From: the human T2T-CHM13v2.0 reference genome, Homo sapiens
Assembly: GCF_009914755.1 (NCBI RefSeq)
Contig: NC_060938.1
Strand: one strand, 5' to 3'
Length of the DNA stretch: 64,000 bases
Shown: one piece after another, positions 41,391 to 56,865 of the stretch
Position numbering within the stretch: the first letter of the stretch is position 1
Layout of the letters: each line of letters starts with the position of its first letter
Position numbers and translations under genes: made by a program
The notes under the pieces: model-generated
Seen by the model: only the letters and a program-made list of their open reading frames with translations
Told to the model about the DNA's origin: nothing
Database searches by the model: none

Positions 41391-43177
41391 AGATATGATT
41401 TGGCTCTGTGTACCCACCCAAATCTCATCTTGCAGCTCTCATAATTCCCACATGTGGAAGAGCCCTGGTGGGAGATGACTGAATTATGGGAGTGGGTCTT
41501 TCCCGTGACGTTCTCGTGACAGCAAATAAGTTTCAAGAGATCTGACAGTATTATAAGGAGGAGTTTCCCTGCACAAGCTCACTCTGCCTGCTGCCATCCA
41601 CACAAGATGTGACTTGCTCATCCTTGCCATCCGCCATGATTGTGAGGCCTCCCCAGCCATGTGGAATTGTGAGTCTAATTAAGCCTCTTTCTTTTGTGAA
41701 TTGCCCAGTCTCAGGTATGTCTTTATCGGCAGCATGAAAATGGACTAATACAGTGGACTGGTACCAGTAGAGTGGGGCATTGATGAAAACATACCCGAAA
41801 ATGTGGAAGTGACTTTGGAACTGGGTAACAGGCAGAGGTTGGAAGAGTTTGGAGGGCTCAGAAGAAGAAAGAAAAATGTGGGAAAGTCTGGAATTTCCTA
41901 GAGACTTGTTGAATGGGTCTCTGTGCTGTGTGCAGCCTAGGGACTTGGTGCCCTGCATCCCAGCTGCTCCAGCTGTGACTAAAAGGGTCCAAGGTACAGC
42001 TCAGGCTGTTGCTTCAGAGGGTGCAAGCCTCAAGCCTTGGCAGCTTCCACATGGTGTTGAGCCTGCCGTACACAGAACTCAATAATTGCCATTTGGGAAC
42101 CTCTGCCTGGATTTTAGAAGATGTATAGAAATGCCTAGAGTCCAAGGTAAAAGTTTGCTGCAGGAGTGGGGCCCTCATGGAGAAGCTCTGCTAGGGCAGT
42201 GTGGAAAGGAAATGTTAAGTTGGAGCCCCAACACAGAGTCCCTACTGGGGCACTGCCTAGTGGAGCTGTGAGAAGAGGCCCACCATCCTCCAGACCCCAG
42301 AATGGTAGATCCACCAACAGCTTGCACTGTGCACCAGGAAAAGCTGCAGACGCTCAATACCAGCCCATGAAAGCAGCCAGAAGGGAGGTTGTAACCTGTA
42401 AAGCCACAGTGCCAGAGCTGCCCAAGAACATGAGAACTTACCTCTTGCATCAGTGTGACCCAGACACAAGACATGGAGTCAAAGGAGATCTTTCTGGAAC
42501 TTTAAGATTTTACTACCCTGCTGGATTTTGGACTTGCATGGGGCCTTAGCCCCTTTGTTTTGGTCAATTTCTCCCATTTGGAATGGTTGTATTTACCCAA
42601 TGCCTGTACCCCCATTTTATCTAGGAAGTAACTAACTTGCCTTTGATATTACAGGCTCATAGGCAGAAGGGACTTGACTTATCTCAAATGACACTTCGAA
42701 CTTGGACTTTTGGGTTAATGCTGAAATGAGTTAAGACTTTGGGGGATGATTAGGAAGGGATGATTGGTTTTGAAATGTGACGATATGAGATTTGGGAGGG
42801 TCCGAGGCAGGATGATATAGTTTGGTTCTGTGTCCCCAGCCAAATCGCATTTTCTAGTTCCCATAAATCCCATGTGTTGTGGAAGGGACCCGGTGGGAGA
42901 TGACTGACTTATGGAAGCGGGTCTTTCCCATGCTGTTCTCGTGATAGCGAATAAGTCTTACGAGCTCTGATGGTATTATAAGAAGGAGTCCCCCGGCACA
43001 AACTCTCTTTGACTATCAGCATCCTTATAAGATGTGACTTACTTCTCCTTGCCTTCGGCCATGATTGTGAGGCCTCCCTAGCCACATGGAACTGTGAGTC
43101 CAGTTAAACCTCTTTCTGTTGTAAATTGCCCAGTCTCAGGTATGTCTTTATCAGCAGTGTGAAAATGGACTAATACA
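41391..43177 (+). mobile_element. THE1B-like MaLR provirus: LTR 41391-41752, internal region 41753-42812 (internally deleted), LTR 42813-43177
   Basis: Two ~363-bp LTRs ending ggactaataca; THE1-int motifs gtaccagtagagtgggg and gagatttgggaggg; TSD GGGAG at 41386-41390 and 43178-43182. Confidence 0.97.
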
Positions 43178-43310
43178 GGGAGGAAAGAAGGGAAGGAGGG
43201 AGTGAGGGAGGAAGAGAAGGAGGGGAGAGGGAGGGATGGAGGAAGGGAGGGAGGGAGGGAGGGGGGAGGGAGGGAGTTAGAGAGAGAAAGGAGGGAGAGA
43301 GGAGAAAAGA
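43178..43310. repeat. purine-rich (GGGA/GGAA)n low-complexity tract
   Basis: Read directly; the same tract type lies left of THE1 (41356-41390). Confidence 0.9.
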
Positions 43311-43337
43311 AAATCCATAATAAGAAATAAAACTTTA

Positions 43338-43579
43338 CACAATATTAGGGTATCGTGGTCAGTTTCATTTATAGGATATAGCAGAGAAAGTTTATAGGAT
43401 TCTTTGTTTTGTTTTTGGTTTATAGAAAAGTCTAGAATATTCACAAAGTCAATAAATTATAGGGGAAAATGAACATAATTATGGGTATTAAAGATTTGCT
43501 ATGGGAAAAATTAGTAAAATTTCAATCCATATGCAGTACTAAAAAACAGTCTGAAGCAACAAAATATTTGCACATACAG
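43338..43579 (+). repeat. dispersed direct repeat, copy 2
   Basis: See 37940-38165. Confidence 0.93.
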
Positions 43580-44136
43580 TAAAATGAATACACAAAATAA
43601 ACTTTTGCCATTTCTGGTATGGCTGACCCTCACAAAGATAATAACTATAAACCCTGAACAATAAACAAAGAGGAAAGCTCTTTGAGAGTAAACAAAAGCA
43701 TGGAGAGTTGGAAGTAGAGTTCAAATTTGGGAGAAAGAACTAGTGCAGAATGAGTTTTCTGTTTTATGATTTTTAACATGAAGGCAGGCCAAAATTTAAT
43801 CAGAGGGTGATTGAAACTTTGATAGAAAACTTACAGTCTTTCTGACCTGAAGAACCAGAGGATAGAATGTGGGGTAGCCCACAGGTGCTGGAAAGTGAGG
43901 AGGGAACCTAGGAAAATAAGAGAGCCAGAGAGGTTGACAACCTGTGTATAAACTGTGACCACCTCTCTGACTGACCCCTGACACATGCCTGGGGTACAGC
44001 TGACTGCAAACAGCTCAGTTGGAGATAAAAAGAGCTGAACTCTGTTTGTTCTGCTGCTCAAGACACAGACTTTCAGTCTGAGTCCAACTGGGTTATTTCC
44101 CTTCTAAAATAAAAACATCACAAGTCTTCAGAGAAC

Positions 44137-44900
44137 ATGTAATTCATATATGGGAACTAAAAAAGTTGATGACATGGAGGTACATAGTGGTATAATAGAT
44201 ACCAGAGACTGGAGAGGGTGTATGTGGGCGGTGGGCAGGGGGGGTGCGAGTTGGGGGGAGATGGGTGAATAGAGATTGGTTAATGGGAAAAGCAAACCTA
44301 CAGTTAGGTAGAAGGAATGAGTTGTAATGTTTGATAGCAGATTGTATTAGTCCGTTTTCATGCTGCTGATAAAGACATACCTGAGACTGGGTAATTTATA
44401 AAGAAAAATAGGTTTAATGGACTCAGAGTTCCATGTGGCTGGGGAGGCCTCACAATCATGGTGGAAGGTGAAAGGCACGTCTTACATGGCAGCAGATGAG
44501 AGAGAATGAGAGCCACGTGAAAGGAGAAAAAACTCTGATAAAACCATCAGATCTCATGAGACTTATTCACTACTATGAGAACAGTGTGGGGAACTCACCC
44601 TCATGATTCAACTATCTCCCACCAGGTTCCTCCAACAACATTTGGGAATTATGGGAGCTACAATTCAAGATAAGATTTGGGTGGGGACACAGCCAAACCA
44701 TATTACAGAGTAAGGGGGATTTATAGTTAAAAACAATGTATTTCATTTTTCAAAATATTTAGAGAAGTGAGTACTTGAAATTTTCCCAAAACATAGAAAT
44801 GGTAAATAATCTGGCGATGGGTACCCTAAATACCCTGACTTGATGATGACACATTCTATGCCTATAACATAATTATGTACAATACAATGTATCAAAAATT
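44137..44900 (+). mobile_element. L1MA 3' end, split by THE1
   Basis: ctaaaaagttgatgacatggaggta...gtaccctaaataccctgacttgatgatgacacattctatg; TSD tcttcagagaac at 44125-44136 and 44901-44912. Confidence 0.88.
44343..44705 (-). mobile_element. THE1B/C-like solo LTR
   Basis: tgtattagtccgttttcatgctgctgataaagacatacc...gggacacagccaaaccatatta; TSD cagat/cagag. Confidence 0.96.
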
Positions 44901-46441
44901 TCTTCAGAGAACTAGGTTAGATATTGTAGTTTCCACAGCAAAACATTCCTAATGTCCAAGACACAATCCAAAGTACTCAAATTAATAATTAGGAAAATGT
45001 GGCTTATTCTCAAGAGATAAAACAATCAACCAAAATAAATATTTAAATGCCTCCAGATTTTGAATTAGAGTTTCAAAGCACATATTATTACTATACTCAA
45101 TTAATTAAGCTACAATGTACAACATACTTACATTTATTAAAAATAAGAAAAAATGCAGCAGATAAATATAAACTATTAAAAACAAGAAAAGAAAATTTCT
45201 GGAACTGAAAACAAACAGTATCAGAAATTTAAAAATTCACTGGATAGCTGTATAATAGAATGTAGAATCTGTGAATGTGAAGGTAGATTTATAGAATTAT
45301 CCAATATGAAACGAGATCAAAAACAATGGTCAAAACCTCAAGGAACCATGGAGCAGTCACAAAAATTCCAAATACACTACAAGATGCTGTGAGAAAGATC
45401 TCTCACCTCAAAGAGCACATATTGTAAGAATCTGTTGTTTAGGATTCTAGAATAGGAAAGTATAAAAAATCAGAAAAATTATTGTCTTTAGCAGAAACAG
45501 AATAGTAATGTTTGGGAAGAAAGATGGGAGAGCTTTTTAAGGTAAACTAATGTTCTATATCTTGATACAGTTTTTCAGTTAAACAGGTATATACACTTGC
45601 CAAAACTCAGCGAATGTACAATTAAAAATTTTGCCCATTATTTTTAAAGTTTTATGTTAAATACTGTAGGCAAATACTAAACTCTAGGTAATGATACACA
45701 TATTATATAAATAGACCAAAGTGTGCTGATACCTGCAATGTGCTTTGAAATGACCCCAATATGATAGATTAATGGATGGAGAGAAGAATAAATAGATGGA
45801 TAATAGACATTAATGGTTGAATCTGGGTAATGGGTCTATGGATACTCACAGTACACTTTGTACAACTTTGCTATACATTTGACATGTCTTATAATTAAAT
45901 GTTGAGTGATAAAATTAGAAATTTTGTATTACAGCATTATTTTTGTAGATTAAAAACATAAATACAAAGCATTTCATATTATGCAGCAATATTAAATAAG
46001 AAATTTAAAACGACTTAGTGTGTGCTTATTACAGGGGAGAGAAAGAGAAAAGTTGAGATGATAAGGGGAAAAACGTATTTATATAATTTGGGATGACCAA
46101 TGGCAATGAACAGAGGTGTGAGATTAGATCAACTCTTTGCATCTAAGATCCAAAATAGTGGTAATGCTTTAAAAGCCTATGAGAGATAATGTTCAATAAG
46201 GCAACCATCATATATCATGTAGCCAAGTATGAGGTGAGAAAGGATTGTTGGTCTATATTAGCATGGCTTAAAACGACTGAGTGTATTTTTGTTACTAGCT
46301 CTAAATTTATGAACTGGCTATATCCATAATGGTTCAGTCTGGTTCTGATGAAAACATTTAAATCTCTATGTAGGTCCCGTATTAAGTAGTGTTACAAAAA
46401 GAAAAGAAATATGGTTCCTCTGATAGAGTCAGAATACATAA

Positions 46442-46443
<2 letters not shown>

Positions 46444-46477
<34 letters not shown>

Positions 46478-46488
46478 GCACACACACA
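46444..46488. repeat. (CA)n microsatellite
   Basis: Read directly. Confidence 0.95.
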
Positions 46489-46669
46489 AAAATATATTTT
46501 CAGTCCTTTGTGCCATGTGACTTTTGTACTATAACTTAACTCCTAGGTTTTAAATGTCCTTATTTGTAGAATGAGAGAGGCAGGATCGAATACTTCCTTA
46601 ACTCTTTTTGTTAGCTGCATCATTTTCTGGGGCGGGTCAGGGGACATTAGTGTAGATTAAGCCCAAAAA

Positions 46670-46878
46670 TAATTGAACTTGGTGCTTTTCTAATTCCATC
46701 TGTGTAATATACTTGTGATATGACTAAGGACAAATTACTCTATTACACATGACCTGTATCCGTATCTGTAAAATGGAACAAAAAACGTTCAGGCTAACGC
46801 AGTTGTGAAGATTAAATAGTAAAGCACTTGGTAGACTACCAATCATGTAATACACTTTCAACAAATATTTTAGTTAAT
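46670..46878 (+). mobile_element. MIR
   Basis: atctgtaaaatggaac...gttgtgaagattaaatagtaaagcacttgg. Confidence 0.7.
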
Positions 46879-48150
46879 AAAAATTTCCATCTAGTTTTTT
46901 TTTCTGTGAAGTTTTCTCAGATCATCAAAAGCTCACATTAGCCTTTTAACTTGTGTCTGATTTGAACATGCCTCGGAGAACTCAATAAACACTTGTTGTT
47001 AGCAGCTCATTAGATATAATTTTTCTCCTGCTTCATGTAAGTAGAACCCTTGTTCTGATTCACCTGACAGATGCTGAACTCCCAAAGAGAGCCTTGTTAA
47101 ACATCCAGCCAACTGGAGCACTTTTCAGTTCCAACTTCAAACACACCCACCAAACAAGCATTTATTGAACAAGAATCTCAAAGCATTTGTTAGCAGTCAC
47201 TGTCACCTGAGTTCTGAAGCAATCTTTCTGCCAAAACTAACTCACTCTGTCCCAAACCCCTGCACCAATCCTACGATGTTTTCTTCTTTCAATTTTACAT
47301 TTTTCTTAATTTAGTTTTAAACTCCAAGGACCATTTTATAAATGGTGAGCTTTATGTAGCTTTTTTCTTTTTTTTTTCCTTGTGTTGCAAGAGTGCTGAC
47401 TAGAAACTGACAACTAGGTACTGGAAGCCAAGATTTTTTTTTTTTTAATTTTATTTTGGATTCTGGTTCCCCAGAGCTAGGTAAATCTTAGTCCATCACT
47501 CATCCTCCATGAGCTTAACGATCTCTATGCTTGTCTTTGAAATGCCGCCTCATGTGGTCATGCCCTGAAAATGGAGGCTTTGTTTCCCGACTGACACTTT
47601 TGTGCAAGACATACGGGTCATGCTTATATTCTCTTCTTGCTGCCAGAGAAGCATTGTAAGTTACAATTGATGATGGCACTACCCTCTGTGATCCGATATA
47701 ATTTACTGTGAAATCACTATCCATTTTTGACACTTAAGCTCTGCTTGCCAATTTGCAAGTCTGCTTACAGACCATCTAGCCATGGGGTCAAGCAATTATT
47801 CCGCAGGCCATTGTGAATTCTCTGATGTGGCTGCTCTCTATGTTATTTGATTAAGAGTGTGGCCTGGGGACATATACACACTCTTTTTAACAATGAACAA
47901 TTAGGTAGAGAGGATTTGAGCATCACTGGTGTGATCTTAAGGACCTAAGACAGCCCTTCTGTCCTTTCTTTTCTACCTTAAGATACTTCCCTATTGATAC
48001 TTCAAAGCGTTTTAACAGGTAGAAAAAAGTATTTTATTTTACTATTCATGCTTATTCTACTGGTAGAGATTCGTATTTAAAAGCAAATGCCCATGAGTTA
48101 ACGAAGATTATTGGAGCTAAGTTGAACTTGTGTTGAGCAAAGTTAGTCCG

Positions 48151-48936
<786 letters not shown>

Positions 48937-49446
48937 GTTCAATTGTATATGCAAATCTTGATAACGTAAGGGCTCTGAGCACCAGGCTAAAGGACAGAGA
49001 AAGGGGTGGGTACCCTGAAGAATAGCCCTTTATCCCATGCTTAGTAGCCCACCAAAACCTTTTAGAATTGGGGATATTTTAAATGTAAATTTTAAGAATG
49101 AGATCTCTTTCTCTCCCCTTCATTTTTATCATCTCCATTTCTTCCTCATTCTCATGTAAACTTCATAGCCTTCACCCATGTTTTGTTAAGGTCATTTTGG
49201 GCCATGTTTTAAGAATTATGTTATTTCTATCTCTGTAGTTTTTTGAGCTATCCAATATAAATGTCTCTATAGTGGCAATGATTAGTAAAACATTTGATAC
49301 AATAGTGTTCTTTGTTTATTCATTGACTGATACTGTATAAATAAACAGTTATTGTGTACATGACATTTCAAAGCAATCATTTTTAGTGGCCATTTGGATG
49401 TAGACAGTTTCATCTAAGATATTTTGATATAGACTAATAAAAGTCT

Positions 49447-50704
49447 TTATTTATTATTTTTATTTCAGATTTATTTTAGATACAGGGAGACATGGAGATT
49501 TGTTACATGGGAATATTGGGTGATGGGTGAAGTTTGCAGTACAGATCCTGTCACCCCGATAGTAAGCATAGTATGTGATAGGTAGTTTTTATACCCCACC
49601 ACAACCCTTTAGTGGTCCACAATTTTTATTTTTCTCATATTTATGACTATGTGTGCTCAATGCTTAGCTCTCACTTATAAGTGAGAACATGTGATATTTG
49701 GTTTTCTGTTTCTGCACTAATTTGCTTAGGATTATGGCTCTAGCTCCATCCATGTTGCTGCAAAGGACACGATTTCATTCTTTTTTATGGCTGTGTAGTA
49801 TTCTATGGTGCATTGTACTACATTTTCTTTATCCAACCTACCACTGATGGGCATGTGAATTGATTCTATGTCATTGCTATTATGAATAGCACAATGATAA
49901 ACATTAAAGTGCTTGTGTCTTTTTGATAGAATTATTTCTTTTCTTTTGAGTATATACTGAGTAATGGGATTGATGGGTTGAATGGTACCTCTGTTTTAAG
50001 TTATTTGAGAAATCTCCAAACTGCTTTCCACAGTGGCTGAACTAATTTACATCCTCTCCAACAGAGTATGTGTTCCCTTTTCTCTGCAGCCTTGCCAGCA
50101 TCTGTTATTTTTTGACTTTTTAATAATAGCCATTCTCACTGGGGTGAGATGGCATCTCACTGTGGTTTTGGTTTGCATTTCTCTGATGATTAGTGATGTT
50201 CACCATTTTTTCATATGTTTGTTGGCCACTTATATATCTTCTTTTGAGAAGTGTCCATTCATGTCCTTTGACCATTTTTGAATGGGGTTATATGTTTTTT
50301 GCTTGTTGATTTGTTAAGGCCCCTATATATTTTGGATATTAGGTCTTCGTTGAATGCATAGTTTGCAATTATCTTCTTCCATGCTGTAGGTTGTCTTTTC
50401 GCTCTGTTGGTAGTTTCTTTTGCTATGAGGTACCTTTTCAGTTTAATTAGGTCCCACTTGTCTATTTTTGTTTATGTTGCAACTACTTTTGTGGACTTAG
50501 CCAAAATTTCTTTGACAAGGCCAATGTCAAGAAGAGTATTTCTTACATTGTCTTCCAGATTTTTATAGTTTGAAGTCTTACATTTAAATATTTCTTCCAT
50601 CTTGAGTTAATTTTTGTACATGGTGAAAGGGAGAGGTATGACTTCAATCTTCTACATATGGCTAGCTAGTTGCCCTAGCATCATTTATTGAATAGGGAGT
50701 CCTT
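49447..50704 (-). mobile_element. L1PA13-16-like 3' portion
   Basis: ctcacttataagtgagaacatgtgatatttggttttctgtt...gctagctagttgccctagcatcatttattgaatagggagtcc. Confidence 0.93.
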
Positions 50705-50946
50705 TAAAATCTTTTAATTGGCATAAGTCAACACTTATCCCTACCCTGAGTCTTTTCTCATCCCTGATTTATGCCAATCCTTTGGTGATCCTCAACTAGA
50801 TGGCAACATGGGATTTGAATTAGGAGTTGGTGATGCACGATGCCTTTGATGAATTGTCAGTCATGGATACAATTAGGCAAGGATGAAGATCAGAAATGAG
50901 ATAAGACTAAAAAGTAGTTGTCCAGTGTTTTAATTTTGCACACTTT

Positions 50947-51236
50947 TTTTTTTTTTTTTTTTTTTTTGAGATGGAGTCTCTCTCTGTTGCCCAGGCTGGA
51001 GTGCAATGGCACCATCTCAGCTCACTGAAAGCTCTGCCTCCAGGTTTCATGTCATTCTCCTGCCTCAGCCTCCTGAGTACAGCTGAGCTGGGTGGCGAGC
51101 TGGGACTACAGACGCCCGCCACCACACTTGGCTAATTTTTTTTGCATTTTTAGTAGAGACGGGGTTTCACTGTGTTAGCCAGAATGGTCTCGATCTCCTG
51201 ACCTTGTGATCCACCTGCCTCAGCCTCCCAAAGTGC
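50947..51236 (-). mobile_element. AluY-like, ~30 nt 5'-truncated
   Basis: aagctctgcctcc, gttagccagaatggtctcgatctcc; TSD taattttgcacacttt at 50931-50946 and 51237-51252. Confidence 0.95.
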
Positions 51237-53378
51237 TAATTTTGCACACTTTCAACTATATTTCTCACATAGCACCTAAACTGTATATTTTTAAATACAG
51301 TCTAACAGAGGAAGGGTTGCAGGGAAGAAGTCATGTTCTTACCTTTACAGAATTAACGTTTACCTTCTATACAAACGTGTCATGAAAGTATCATTTCTGA
51401 CACTTAAACCCATTTAATTCACCACTCTTCAGTATACTTTTTAGCAAACACACTTATTATAGTGTAAATAAATCTATTTCCTTGTACTATGTGATTGGCA
51501 TCTGACGTCAAGGATAATCCCATTCACCTTTGGTATTTATCAGAGTCCAGTGCAATTTAGATTTTTAATAAATGTTATTTAATTTGATCCAATAAAAAAC
51601 TTCAAAAAAGTTAGAAAAGGCATACATCCAAAATTTAACAGTGCTTTAACCACAGCGTGTTACTTCTGTATTGTCTGAACACTTTACAATGTGCATGTTT
51701 TACTTTTTTAACATAAAAAGTGAAAAATAAAATGAGAAAAGGTTAGGATCAAATCTTTTGATTTCAATTTGCTGAATTCTTATATAGCTAACTTTCTAAA
51801 CTTTGAGTCACACAGGAAATGTGTAGAAAGGAAAGGAAGGAAGAAAGGAAGAGAAAGGGGTAGAGAAAAAGGGAGGGAGGCAAGGTGGAAGAAAAAAAGG
51901 AAGATGACTCAGAATAAATTCACTGATTCTGATTTGGTTTATTATATAATCATAAACTAGAAATTCAGTTTTGTAATATTTGTGTGACCCAGGTAAATGA
52001 GCATATTGAAATAAGCTATGTTAAATTATAATTTGAATTATTTGTGCAGTTGTTGAAAATCACAGTTTCACTTGTACTCATGGAGAGATACAAAAAAGCA
52101 TTCATAATGCATCCATAAAATGAGTCAATGGTCTCCCTGAAGCAACTCTAATAGGTGTCTGGAGTAATTAGTAATCATCCCTAATTGACTGCCTCTTAAT
52201 TGTGTAATAGTTTTATTATTCAGGAGGTGCAGATGGCACAAATGATGGAGACCAGTTTAACAATTACATGTCCTAGTTACATGCCACGGGTTTGAACAGA
52301 CAAAGCCTGTATTGAAAACAAATCCAAAATGGAGAATTTGAGCAGGATATTGGGATACTTAATGATTACTTGTAGTTTGAGTTATAATTTTTGCATTTTG
52401 CTGATGGTTAAGAAAGTAAGGCTTTGAATAGAAAGAGGTGAAGTCTTACATTTAATGAATGTGTCAGAGCATGGAGGCCTCTGACACAGAAACCTTGGAT
52501 AAGATAGGTGTGTTTCCATTTATATTAGAGTAGTAGTGATGAGTAAATGTTTTTTCTTTTCCTCTGTTGACTCTGAATATGTGGATATTTCTTCTAAACA
52601 TGAATGGATAGTATTCACAAAATTTTGAGCTTTGGTCTTAAATAGTGTTTAAAAGCCATTATTCGTATCCATGATAGATCTGATCCAAGACTCCGGCAAA
52701 GAAAATCATGTCAAGAAAGGAGTGCTATACAATGTTTATTTTTCTATGGTTGTAAGAAAGAAAATATGATAGCAATTATGCCTTCTTCTGCTGTCTTCAT
52801 AATATTTTGTCTTCTCTCTCAGAATGCAGATGGAAGAACAATGAGAACGTAAAGCATTCTTTTATTTTTGTTATCCCCAGTGACATATATTTGGCCAGAG
52901 ATAACATTTCACAAACACTTTTTATCTCCTTGGCATTGTTGCATTGTTCCATAGTCATTTTTACTAAAATCTTAAACACTAGTATTTCTGATATATTAAG
53001 GTGATTTTTATATTGTAGCCTCTTTGGTTTCTAAAACTAGCTGAGTAATCCTGAGAGCCCTGGTTCTTGTATACTTAACTGTAAATTTGTTGGCATTTTA
53101 CATTTATATGAATGTTAGTGAGCCTAAAATGACATGTATGTTAATATTTGTGGGGTGTATGTTTGGTTGTGTGTGAGTGTGTGTTGAACATATCTACATT
53201 TGTATGAGTGGGAGTAAGTAGGTGGGTAGTGACCTGTTAAACTCTGGAATGTGAGTGCAGAGAAGAGCATGGAATTCCTACTTATGGAGATCTTCCAAGA
53301 AGAATCTAGAGCCCCTGTTTTTCCAAGATGTTTAGATGTAATTTCATCTGCAGGCAGTAGTGATGCCATGTGTCCCTG

Positions 53379-53728
53379 TCTCTCTTCTCTTTCCTTCCTT
53401 TCCCTTCCTTCCTTCCTTCCTTCCCTCCTTCCTTCCTTCCTTTCCTTCCTTCTTTCTTTCTTTTCCTTCTTTCCTTCTTTCCTTCTTTTCCTTCCTTCCT
53501 TCCCTCCTTCCTTCTTTCTTTCCTTCCTTCCTTTTTTCCTTCCTTCCTTCCTTTCTTCCTTCTTTCCTTCCTTCCCTCCCTCCCCCCTCCCTGCCTCCTG
53601 ACTTTCTTTCTTTCTTTCTCTTTCTTTCTTTTTTCTTTCTTTCTCTTTTTCTTTCCTTTTTTCTTTCTCTCTTTCTTTCTTTTTTTCTTTCTTTCCTCTC
53701 TCTCTCTCTCTCTTTCTTCTTTTCTTTC
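53379..53728. repeat. ~350-bp polypyrimidine (TTCC)n/(TTTC)n/(TC)n tract
   Basis: Read directly; only a few purines, near 53593-53601. Confidence 0.97.
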
Positions 53729-54298
53729 ACTCACTTGCAGTCTACTAAAGCCATAAAATTCTATGGCTGTATTTTAATATCAAATTTAGAATAATATAAG
53801 GAATTTTATTTTAAAGTCTGAAACTTTTCCATAGAAATCTTACAGAAACTCTAATGGCCTCATACAAATTCCAGAATGAGGAAATTATAGATCTTTAAAG
53901 TTTATTCCTGGTTTCCTTTATCATTATTTTCAGCAACACCTACACCCACCTTTATCAATGTCTTTCAAGTCCTGGGAAAAAAATTCTACCTCTTCGAGGA
54001 AGTACTATGTTCACTTCTCTCAAGCTAGAAGTAATCTCCTTTTTTTTTTTTTATTTAAAAGATACTTTATAAATAAGTATAGAATATTTACTTCTGATCC
54101 TTTTAAAATTGGTTTTCATTGTTATGTATGTGCCTGTCTTTCTTATCCTGCTACACTAGGCTTCACAGATTCAAATGTCCTCAGGTGCCATCCTATAAAT
54201 GAATGAAGCATCCAGTACAGGCAATAGGGAGTGGTGAGGACTATGACTGAAGAGAACAGGTTCAGTCTAAATCAAGTTGTGTTAAAATGCTGTCCTAG

Positions 54299-55971
<1,673 letters not shown>

Positions 55972-56079
55972 GTGCTGTCCTAGACCAACAAAACTATGCT
56001 AATTCCCAGTCTCAGTCTGCAAGCCGGCATTAGAGATTACTGAAACTATCCTCTACCATAATAGTACATGTATTGCTCA

Positions 56080-56550
56080 ACTTTATTTTATTTTATTTAA
56101 CTTTTATTTTAAGTTCTGGGATACATGTACAGAATGTGTGTTATATAGGTAAAGATTACATAGTGTGTCATGGGGGTTTGTTGCACGTGTTTCATCAGCC
56201 AGGTACTATGCCTAGTATCCATTAGTTATTTTTATCCATTAGTTATTTTAGTTATTTTCCTGATCCTCTCCCTCATCGCATCCTCTGCCCACCAGTAAGC
56301 CCCAGTGTGCATGTTTCCCCTCTCTATGTCCATGTGTTCTCATCAGTCAGCTCCCTCTTATAAAACGAAAATGTGGTATTTGGTTTTCTGTTTGTTAGTT
56401 TGCTGAGGATAATGGCCTCCAGATTCATCCATGTCCCTGCAAAGGACATGATTTCGTTCTTTTTCATGGCTGCATGGTATTCCATGGTGCATATATACCA
56501 CATTTCCTTTATCAAGTCTATCATTGATGGACATTTAGGTTCACTTCATG
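56080..56550 (-). mobile_element. L1PA (PA7-10-like) 3' end
   Basis: ttttaagttctgggatacatgtacagaatgtg...catccatgtccctgcaaaggacatg. Confidence 0.92.
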
Positions 56551-56551
56551 T

Positions 56552-56865
56552 AATTTTATTTCATTTTATTTTGAGATGGGGTTTCACTCTGTCACTCAGG
56601 CTGGAGTACAGTTGTGCAATCTTGGCTCACAGCAACCTCTACCTACCAGGCTTAAGCGAGCCTCCTGCTTCAGCCTCCTGAGCAGCTGGGACCACAGACA
56701 TGTGCCACTACAGCTGGCTAATGTATATATAGAAAGATATACTTTTTGGTAGAGATGTGGTTTCGCCATGTTGCCCAGGCTAGTCTCGAACTCCTCAGCT
56801 CAGGCAATTCACCTGACTCAGCCTCCCAAAGTGTTGGGATTACAGGAATGAGCCACCACGACCCA
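56552..56865 (-). mobile_element. AluJ
   Basis: caggcttaagcgagcctcctgcttcagcc...catgttgcccaggctagtctcgaactcctcagctcagg. Confidence 0.92.

Larger units (their letters stand above)
43600..45910 (+). mobile_element. old L1 (L1MC/MD-like 5'/ORF1 region plus an L1MC/ME-like 3' end), host of nested L1MA and THE1
   Basis: ggaactgaaaacaaacagtatcagaaatttaaaaattcactggatagc (ORF1-like); gaatctgggtaatgggtctatggatactcacagtac (3' UTR-like). Confidence 0.6.

Noticed and set aside
41551-42549. ORFs of 60-135 aa
   Set aside because: They lie within the THE1 LTR and internal sequence; fragmented MaLR remnants.
47515-47733. 72-aa minus-strand ORF in unique sequence
   Set aside because: No recognisable domain, no ATG at the annotated start and no convincing splice sites; length is within chance expectation.
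53251-53794. Several 116-144 aa ORFs on both strands
   Set aside because: Translations of the TTCC/TTTC low-complexity tract.
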